From IMG/VR virus record IMGVR_UViG_3300027763_001732: 64,000 nt of DNA; one strand, 5' to 3'. Numbering within the stretch: the stretch's first letter is position 1; the number at the start of each line of letters is the position of its first letter. The position numbers were made by a program, and so were the translations under genes. Source of the stretch: an uncultured virus (IMG/VR IMGVR_UViG_3300027763_001732). Its lineage: Duplodnaviria; Heunggongvirae; Uroviricota; Caudoviricetes. The notes under the pieces are model-generated. The model searched no databases. It had not been told where the DNA came from and worked only from the letters and a program-made list of their open reading frames with translations. Shown here one piece after another: positions 57,195 through 64,000 of the stretch.

Positions 57195-58616
57195 TTATTG
57201 AGTTGTAAAAAATAAGTCAGGATTTTTAGATGCGTATGGGGCAATACCTACTACATTATTTTTTGTTTGAATAGTCCACCATTCAATCCAAGTTCCTAAC
57301 TGATTATACAATAATGAAGATATCTTAGTAGATACGTTATAGGCTTGCAATACATTGTTAGAATAAGTTGTTCTGCCAATATAAATTACTGTTTGATTAC
57401 TTGCATTTTGCGCTACAGTAAAGTCAAGTGCAGAAGGAGCTTCTGCAATACCGGGAATAACTGTTTTACGTGTTCCAAAAGTATTATTAGAATTTCCATA
57501 TAGAACTACTGTTTCAGCAGAGCCGATGGGCGATTCATGTCCACCTGCAATTATATCAATGATTCCATCTTTATCTACGTCGACTAATTCTACAGAATAA
57601 TATCCAGCAGTATTACCTTGTCCAAAAATTCTATTATTATCAAATACAAAGGTTCCATTTTTTTGATTAATCAATGCTGTGATATTGGCGCCGGGACTTC
57701 TGAAACTATCTGTAATAACAATATCAATCCATCCATCTCCATTTACGTCTGCGGCGGCGGCACCGTGATAATAGCTGGTACTGGTTGTGCCAACATCTGA
57801 TACTGCAAATTTGCCTTGACCTTTAGAATCATTTAACAATAGTTTATTAATTTCGCCTGGCCATTTACCATTTACTTGCATATCCCAGCCGTGACACACA
57901 ACAAAAATATCAGGGTGACCGTCATTGTTAAAATCAGCAACAACGGCTTTTCTCGGAGTAAGACATCCTGCTATTTTTGTAGTAGTGGATTCAAGATTAC
58001 CGTTGGCGGACAATTTAAAAAATTGAAACTCTGCTCGATGTTCATCTTTGATATACATAGGTGCTGTACCTATACAATTAGGATCGATGCCATTTGGCTT
58101 GTAACATTGCAGACTGTTTGACTTGGCAATCATTACTGCCATCTTATTATCTCCAAAGAAATTTCCAACAGCCCAAGCCGAAGTATAATTATTAGGATTT
58201 ACAATATTTAATCTTGGAATATTTTGCAACTTTGCATTTTCATAAGATGTTTTGTACAAGGTTATTGTCGATACCGGCGAAGATGCGCCAACCGATAACA
58301 CTGTTCCTACATTAATAATAACGTCATAGTAAACAAACCCATAGGCGCTTACACTGGGAATTGTAAGTTGATTTTTATATGGATCATATGAATCATAAGT
58401 AGTGCTTGGCTTTGCTGGATATTTTGAATCCAGACTAGAACCGCCTACAGTTAAGATAGGACCAACTGTGATAACAACATCACGGTAAATTATTTCTCCC
58501 ACCAACACCGCTGGAATAGTTAGTTGATTGTTTACATGATTATATGTGTCTGTGGCATAAACTATAGGAGAGAAAAATGCCAGCAACGATAAAAATAATT
58601 CATTAATATATTTCAT
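57195..58616 (-). CDS. Secreted FG-GAP/VCBS repeat protein with a duplicated N-terminal module
   Basis: ADFNNDGHPDI, ADVNGDGWIDI, VDVDKDGIIDI; two copies of Y....NQLTIP.V.....Y.DV.I.VG.(I/V)L.VG. Confidence 0.85.
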   Translation of the reverse strand: MKYINELFLSLLAFFSPIVYATDTYNHVNNQLTIPAVLVGEIIYRDVVITVGPILTVGGSSLDSKYPAKPSTTYDSYDPYKNQLTIPSVSAYGFVYYDVIINVGTVLSVGASSPVSTITLYKTSYENAKLQNIPRLNIVNPNNYTSAWAVGNFFGDNKMAVMIAKSNSLQCYKPNGIDPNCIGTAPMYIKDEHRAEFQFFKLSANGNLESTTTKIAGCLTPRKAVVADFNNDGHPDIFVVCHGWDMQVNGKWPGEINKLLLNDSKGQGKFAVSDVGTTSTSYYHGAAAADVNGDGWIDIVITDSFRSPGANITALINQKNGTFVFDNNRIFGQGNTAGYYSVELVDVDKDGIIDIIAGGHESPIGSAETVVLYGNSNNTFGTRKTVIPGIAEAPSALDFTVAQNASNQTVIYIGRTTYSNNVLQAYNVSTKISSLLYNQLGTWIEWWTIQTKNNVVGIAPYASKNPDLFFTTQ

Positions 58617-58617
58617 A

Positions 58618-58794
58618 TTAACCGCCGTTCTTTTTTAGTAGAGGTGCAAAGGGATCAGTTGGTGCAGGTGTTGCTGGTTGAGTAGGCAATGACTTCCCCA
58701 GTGCTTCCTGAAAAGGATTTGCCTGAGTTGCCACACTTCCTCCGCCACCACAGGCAGTTAATGTTACTGCTAAAATTAAAATTAAATTTTTCAT
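58618..58794 (-). CDS. 58-aa Pro-rich lipoprotein
   Basis: Hand-translated MKNLILILAVTLTACGGGG...; ATGA overlap. Confidence 0.7.
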   Translation of the reverse strand: MKNLILILAVTLTACGGGGSVATQANPFQEALGKSLPTQPATPAPTDPFAPLLKKNGG

Positions 58795-59987
58795 TTGTAT
58801 ACCTTTAACAAAATTACATCTGTACTTATACGTCCGTTAAGTTTGATCTCTGTGCTTTTAATTCCTTTAAACCATTTCTTAGCGGCAGGCTTGCCATTGG
58901 CACTAAACTCTTTAATCTGTTCTTTTGGCTTGCGTAGGGTTTTTTGCACACTTGCTGTGGCGTCAAATCCCATAATAGAACTGTTCTTAACTGTTAGTGT
59001 ACCTGCATATTGGTCTGCAATGTAGATACCCAACTTGCGTGTCTTAGTATTGTAAACCCATAGCTCTTGTGCTGTAAGGATTGTAGTCGGATCTGCACTT
59101 TTGAGAGCCAACTCTTTAAACTCTTTTGCGTACTTCAATTTGGCCACTACCTTCTCCGGCAGTACTGCTTTCTTCTTACGTGGAGCTTTGCTGGCTTTCT
59201 TAACTACATTGTAGCTGTTAGCATCTGTTAGAGCCTGTGTCCACCATTTAACCATGGCAGTAATCTGGCGCTTGCCTAAATGCTTGTAAGCTTCTAATAC
59301 CTGAGGATCTTTGCTGTTGTTGACTTCTTCAAATTCTGAGATCTTTTTGCTGATGAACTCTGTTACAGTTTTAACCTGTACTGCTGGCACATTCATTTGT
59401 GTCATCAACTCCACTAGTTTAGGCTCGCCTTTAAACTCCGCAATAAAGTCATCAAAGCGACCTTCTAGTTCTCCCAAGAACTCTGACGTCTTTTCTGCCA
59501 TGCGTTCTTGTATATTGAACTTGGGCTTGTCGTCTACTACAACTTCTGCAACTTGAGCAGAAGTATCAACGCCTTTGTCCGCTTGTTTAAGTTGTTTAAC
59601 CAATGTACGTAGTGTACCAAACCTTAGTGCCAAGCCGACACGACCTGCTCTTAGTGCAAAGCCAACTGTGGTACCGGGCCACACATCGCCGCGACGAACT
59701 GCATCTGCTGTTTTTTGGCGGCGTGGATTACGTGCAAGGAATTGACTAAGCCATTCTGCGCTTTTCTTTTTGTCTTGTGTGTGTGCGTACCAATTAAGTG
59801 TACGCATTACCTGTGTCCTGTACTCACTATCAGTCCAGGCCTGTTGTTCTTCTACGCTGGGGTAAGTGGGCTCCTCGCCAACATACTTGACATCTACTTC
59901 TCGGTAGACAACTGTTTTGGCAAGGGGCTCGTAGCGCCATGCCAATTTATCTGTGCTTGTTTGTTTAACTGCTTTTTTGGTGGCCAT
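58791..59987 (-). CDS. Hypothetical early phage protein
   Basis: 398 aa, AGGAG RBS, own sigma70 promoter. Confidence 0.7.
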   Translation of the reverse strand: MATKKAVKQTSTDKLAWRYEPLAKTVVYREVDVKYVGEEPTYPSVEEQQAWTDSEYRTQVMRTLNWYAHTQDKKKSAEWLSQFLARNPRRQKTADAVRRGDVWPGTTVGFALRAGRVGLALRFGTLRTLVKQLKQADKGVDTSAQVAEVVVDDKPKFNIQERMAEKTSEFLGELEGRFDDFIAEFKGEPKLVELMTQMNVPAVQVKTVTEFISKKISEFEEVNNSKDPQVLEAYKHLGKRQITAMVKWWTQALTDANSYNVVKKASKAPRKKKAVLPEKVVAKLKYAKEFKELALKSADPTTILTAQELWVYNTKTRKLGIYIADQYAGTLTVKNSSIMGFDATASVQKTLRKPKEQIKEFSANGKPAAKKWFKGIKSTEIKLNGRISTDVILLKVYK

Positions 59988-60009
59988 ACTTGCTCCTAGT
60001 AAAAATGTA

Positions 60010-60038
60010 ATTATACACTAACTTCTATTTTGTGTCAA
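60010..60038 (-). promoter_or_regulatory. sigma70 consensus promoter
   Basis: TTGACA-17-TATAAT. Confidence 0.8.
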
Positions 60039-60459
60039 TTGCCCGGCGCAACAGGAGTTCCTGTTTTGAGAAAGCGTCAATTTCCCAAGGCATGTCCAAA
60101 TATTTTGTTTTTTTGGTATAACGTTTACCCTTCCAATATCTAACTTCATTTGGGGCAAACTTCATAATACCTTTGGCAAGTTGGCGGACATGTACCATCT
60201 CATGTGCCAATGTTGTGGCCATTTCCATTAACGCCATCGGTGTAAGACGTTTTGGTGCTTTAATTAATACAAGATAGCAGTCTGCTAATTCTATATTGTG
60301 TGTAGCGCCTTGAAAATCATCTTCCAAATCTTTAGTAACTTTTACTAGAACTGCTCGTTTGCTGTTAACCAAACTCAACTGCTCAATAAACGATGGCATT
60401 AAACTGTCCAAAAACTTTTCTATTTTGGGACTGTCTGCATCCACATCATACTCCATCAT
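60025..60459 (-). CDS. Zn metallopeptidase-like protein
   Basis: TLAHEMVHVRQ and PWEIDA. Confidence 0.8.
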   Translation of the reverse strand: MMEYDVDADSPKIEKFLDSLMPSFIEQLSLVNSKRAVLVKVTKDLEDDFQGATHNIELADCYLVLIKAPKRLTPMALMEMATTLAHEMVHVRQLAKGIMKFAPNEVRYWKGKRYTKKTKYLDMPWEIDAFSKQELLLRRAIDTK

Positions 60460-60487
60460 ACCCGACTCCAATTTGTGTGTATAGTGT

Positions 60488-60516
60488 ATTATACTATAGA
60501 CATCAATTTGTGTCAA
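60488..60516 (-). promoter_or_regulatory. sigma70 consensus promoter
   Basis: TTGACA-17-TATAAT. Confidence 0.8.
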
Positions 60517-60518
60517 TT

Positions 60519-60540
60519 AAAAACCCGCCGAAGCGGGTTT
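60519..60540 (-). terminator. Intrinsic terminator after the porin gene
   Basis: AAACCCGC-CGAA-GCGGGTTT hairpin (UUCG loop on minus) with U-tract. Confidence 0.85.
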
Positions 60541-60561
60541 GTGCTAATCAATTACTATTAA

Positions 60562-61443
60562 TTAGAAACGGTGTGTTAAACCAACACCAATTTGTTCTAC
60601 GTCACGTGATGTTCCAACGGCATCAACATTGCGATATACAACACCTACATCAGTACGTTTACTAAACGCATATTCTACACCAACTGCATAGGCTTTAACA
60701 TCTGTACTCGTTGTACCATAACTTGCTTTAGCAGTAACAGCACCAAATGATTGACTTACACCAATTAAATTACCCGTGCTGTTTACGGCACCTTCATTGT
60801 CACTGTAAGTATAAACTACTGTGGCTTTACCAACTTTAGTATTCAACCCAACTACTGTACTTTTTTCAGAGCCGGCAGTATAAGTTGCCACAGTACCATT
60901 GACACCATATGCACCAGCACTCAGGCTATAAGAACTTGCATCAGCACCCGTTGCATTGTGAGCATTATCAGCAGTAAGTGTTACACCTTTCATAGGAGTA
61001 ATGCTAACGAATGTACCATTGCTCATACGTAGACCGCGTAGGTTATGAACATCGCCGGCAATAGAACCATACATAACTCCGAATACATCGTTCTTAGCAA
61101 TAGCTGAGAATTCGCTGTGAACATTGCGACCTAAATTAATGCTGCCTAATTTGTTCGATAGACCAACTGTTGATTGACGATCTCCTAATTGAGTGTCGGC
61201 TGATTTTGGATCGTTTGCAAACAGTTTAGTATCGATAACAACTGAAGCTGTCAAATCGTTGCCTAATGTTTCTGAACTTCTAAAAGTGATATTACTAGTA
61301 GGTTCCGAAGCCATACTATTAACTGTGGTAACCCCAGTTTTTGTGCTATCAATATATTGTCCGATTTTACCAGAAACGGTAGGTTGAGCCGATGCTACAG
61401 TTGTTACTAATACCAACACGGTTGCTAAGATTGTTTTTTTCAT
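60562..61443 (-). CDS. Gram-negative porin (betaproteobacterial type)
   Basis: Signal peptide; E.LGNDL.A, RQSTVGL, G.I.LGR, YAFSKRT, terminal GLTHRF. Confidence 0.88.
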   Translation of the reverse strand: MKKTILATVLVLVTTVASAQPTVSGKIGQYIDSTKTGVTTVNSMASEPTSNITFRSSETLGNDLTASVVIDTKLFANDPKSADTQLGDRQSTVGLSNKLGSINLGRNVHSEFSAIAKNDVFGVMYGSIAGDVHNLRGLRMSNGTFVSITPMKGVTLTADNAHNATGADASSYSLSAGAYGVNGTVATYTAGSEKSTVVGLNTKVGKATVVYTYSDNEGAVNSTGNLIGVSQSFGAVTAKASYGTTSTDVKAYAVGVEYAFSKRTDVGVVYRNVDAVGTSRDVEQIGVGLTHRF

Positions 61444-61597
61444 ATTAAATTTCCTTTTTTTGTTTAGCAAATTAAAATAATTTACTATCTTATATATTAC
61501 ATGTATTCAGATTCTCCTGTCAAAGAGACTAAAATCAAATATTTCAATGAGTTTTTGGTAGTAGACAATTAAAAAACTTTAGGTAAATAGTTATACT

Positions 61598-62644
61598 ATG
61601 CCAAGACTAAGCCTGTGGAAACCTGAAAAAACAAACGACTATCATTTCATGGATAGACTTATCCGTGAACAATTTATGGTAGGCGGTACTGGTGTGTTGA
61701 TCCACAAATATTTACAACCAGCAGATCAAGGTGCCAGCAATGATCCGACCAAGCCCAACTATAGAGCCGATGATATATTAAACGAAACTAAGATACAAGA
61801 CTTGCTGTTCTTAGAAATTCGTGATAGAATTTATGATCCCGACGTCTACGAACTTCGCGGAGTTTATAACGTAGGTGATCAGGATTTTGACTTAACACAA
61901 TTTGGTTTATTTTTAAGTGCTGATACTATCTATATTACTTTCCATACCAATGACATGGTCGACAGAATGGGACGTAAACTCATGGCAGGAGATGTACTAG
62001 AACTGCCGCATATTCGCGATGATTTATTGTTGGACGAAACCAAGCCCGCTATCAATAAGTTTTACGTTATTCAAGATGCTAGTCGTGCCGCAGAAGGTTT
62101 TAGTCAAACTTGGTATCCACACATTTGGCGTATCAAAGCCAGTCCAATGACAGATGCTCAAGAGTATAGAGATATTTTATCACAGCCTGCAGACAATGGT
62201 GTCGACACATTAAAAGATGCATTGAGTACGTATCAAAAAGAACTAGAAATATCCAAAGCTATTATTGCTCGTGGTGAACAGCTTGCACCTACTATTTTAG
62301 ATGATGGCAGTAATATATTACAAAACACAACCAAGCCTTATCAAGCAGATGCTGATCCAACTTATAATCACGGAGAAGCATTAGACTCGGGTCTAAGTTT
62401 CCCTTTAACTCCAAAGCAGGGAGATTTCTTTTTACGCACAGACTACAAACCCGCGGCATTGTTTGCTTATCGTGGCACACGTTGGCAACGTATGCAAACT
62501 GACAATGGACCAGTTGACTTAAGAGACAAAGTTCTCAATGCCGCTGGCTTTATCAATAATGATGCTGTCACTGTTGTTGGCAATCAAGAATTCCCAGAAC
62601 GTCAAGCACTGAGCCAAGTAGTATTACCTAAATCAGATTTTTAA
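61598..62644 (+). CDS. Neck / head-closure protein (gp14-like)
   Basis: IQDLLFLE.RDR.Y, DLTQFGLF, GDVLELPH, WYPHIWR. Confidence 0.75.
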   Translation: MPRLSLWKPEKTNDYHFMDRLIREQFMVGGTGVLIHKYLQPADQGASNDPTKPNYRADDILNETKIQDLLFLEIRDRIYDPDVYELRGVYNVGDQDFDLTQFGLFLSADTIYITFHTNDMVDRMGRKLMAGDVLELPHIRDDLLLDETKPAINKFYVIQDASRAAEGFSQTWYPHIWRIKASPMTDAQEYRDILSQPADNGVDTLKDALSTYQKELEISKAIIARGEQLAPTILDDGSNILQNTTKPYQADADPTYNHGEALDSGLSFPLTPKQGDFFLRTDYKPAALFAYRGTRWQRMQTDNGPVDLRDKVLNAAGFINNDAVTVVGNQEFPERQALSQVVLPKSDF

Positions 62645-62646
62645 TT

Positions 62647-64000
62647 ATGCAACAATATTTTTACGATGAACAAATAAGAAAATACCTAACGCAGTTTATG
62701 CGTATCTTAGGGGGATTTTCAGTTAAAACTGGCAAGGATAGAAACGGCAACGAAAGTTACATTCAAGTGCCTGTGCGCTATGGCGACATTAATCGTATGG
62801 CTGCTCACATTTTAAAAAATCAAAGTGAGAACATGATTAACACCGTTCCGTTTATCAGTTGTTATGTCACAGATCTACAAATCAGCGCAGAACGTAGAAG
62901 TAATCCTACACACGTTAGTAAAGTGCAGGTCTATGAAAAGAAAGTTGATCCCACAACCGGAGATTACATCGAAGGCGAAGTGGGCAATACTTATACTGTA
63001 GAACGCTATATGCCTGTGCCCTACGACTTAACAGTACAAGTGGATATATGGACCAGTAACACAGATCAAAAGCTACAATTAATAGAACAATTATTGGTAT
63101 TATTTAATCCCAGTATTAACTTAAAATCCAACAGCAATCCCTTTGACTGGAGTAACTTAACCTACACCGAGCTAGTAAACGTTGTATGGAGTGTGCGACA
63201 AGTTCCTCAGGGCACAGATGACATCATCGATGTTGCGGCATTAAATTTTAACATTCCTATATTAATTAATCCTCCGGCTAAAGTTAAACGTCAAACTCTT
63301 ATACATACAATATTAAACGAGATTAAAAAATTAAAAGAAGAAGATCCAATAGATTGGATCGAAGATGATCCAATACCAAACAAACAATGGGTAGTAGTTA
63401 CATTTGAAAATTTAAAATTGCAGGTTAGAATAGAAGGTGATCGTGCCACGCTGTTAAACAAAGCAGGTGGGCTCACTGACGAAGATGGCAACTTACTATC
63501 ATGGGAAACTTTATTAAAACCATTTGGTGATTTAAGATTAGGTATCAGTAATCTACGTCTACGACGAGGCAGTGATCCCAGTGATCCCAACAACGACATT
63601 GTTGCCACTGTTGCAGAAATAGACACAGACAATCCAAATGTTGCTGTCATAGATGTTGATCAAGATAGTTTGCCCAGTGCTAGTTTAGCGGCTATCAATG
63701 CAATCATTAATCCCAGTCGTGTTGCCCCTGGCAGAAATTTACCTGCGGCAACAACAGGGCAACGATATCTAGTATTGGAAGATGTGCCTAATAATAATTT
63801 CTGGGGTGTAACAGACGCTCGAGCCAATGACATTATACAATACAACGGAAGTAACTGGATTATAAGTTTTAATTCATCTGCTAATACCGAAGCCATTGTA
63901 TTAAATACGACTACTGGTATATTGTACGAGTGGCGATCAGGTCAATGGATTAGTGTGTTTGAAGGCACATATCAAAACGGATGGTGGAGAATTTATCTTT
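62647..64000 (+). CDS. Tail terminator / sheath stabilizer (gp15-like), stop codon not within the window
   Basis: MQQYFYDEQIRKY..VPVRYGD..MPVPYDL..QL.EQLLVLFNP; absent from the ORF track because it has no stop here. Confidence 0.8.
   Translation, partial: MQQYFYDEQIRKYLTQFMRILGGFSVKTGKDRNGNESYIQVPVRYGDINRMAAHILKNQSENMINTVPFISCYVTDLQISAERRSNPTHVSKVQVYEKKVDPTTGDYIEGEVGNTYTVERYMPVPYDLTVQVDIWTSNTDQKLQLIEQLLVLFNPSINLKSNSNPFDWSNLTYTELVNVVWSVRQVPQGTDDIIDVAALNFNIPILINPPAKVKRQTLIHTILNEIKKLKEEDPIDWIEDDPIPNKQWVVVTFENLKLQVRIEGDRATLLNKAGGLTDEDGNLLSWETLLKPFGDLRLGISNLRLRRGSDPSDPNNDIVATVAEIDTDNPNVAVIDVDQDSLPSASLAAINAIINPSRVAPGRNLPAATTGQRYLVLEDVPNNNFWGVTDARANDIIQYNGSNWIISFNSSANTEAIVLNTTTGILYEWRSGQWISVFEGTYQNGWWRIYL

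Noticed and set aside
63291..63896. Two minus-strand ORFs near the right end, and many other short antisense ORFs in the track
   Set aside because: Shadows of longer motif-supported genes on the opposite strand, here the gp15-like ORF.
1..64000. Alternative genetic code (stop recoding or CGG reassignment)
   Set aside because: Core genes are full length in code 11, and a CGG in nrdA falls on an expected Arg.

Overview
A 64 kb segment of a large T4-like (jumbo-type) myophage genome in the standard genetic code, mostly on the minus strand. Core genes include nrdA/nrdB/glutaredoxin, primase, gp41-type helicase, UvsW/UvsX/UvsY, gp32 SSB, a 192-aa DnaE-core fragment, large terminase, gp4, tail tube and sheath, neck gp13/gp14, a gp15-like gene and a PAAR spike. 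Accessory genes (Bug/TctC binding protein, porin, delta-9-type desaturase) suggest a Gram-negative, probably betaproteobacterial, host; this is inference. Two promoter classes are visible: near-perfect sigma70 promoters and TAAATA late-type boxes. The most unusual locus is at 4.6-5.5 kb. It holds a circularly permuted two-piece tmRNA gene (tag ANDSQFALAA) whose 172-nt intervening segment is almost exactly filled by a 52-aa ORF missing from the ORF track. Next to it is a serine-architecture tRNA with an arginine (CCG) anticodon, and beside both lie two divergent PP-loop enzymes, a Bug protein and a LuxR regulator. Also present are a helicase-methyltransferase with an apparently split MTase partner and an envelope-protein island between the neck genes. 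All calls come from motif recognition by eye; no database search was run.
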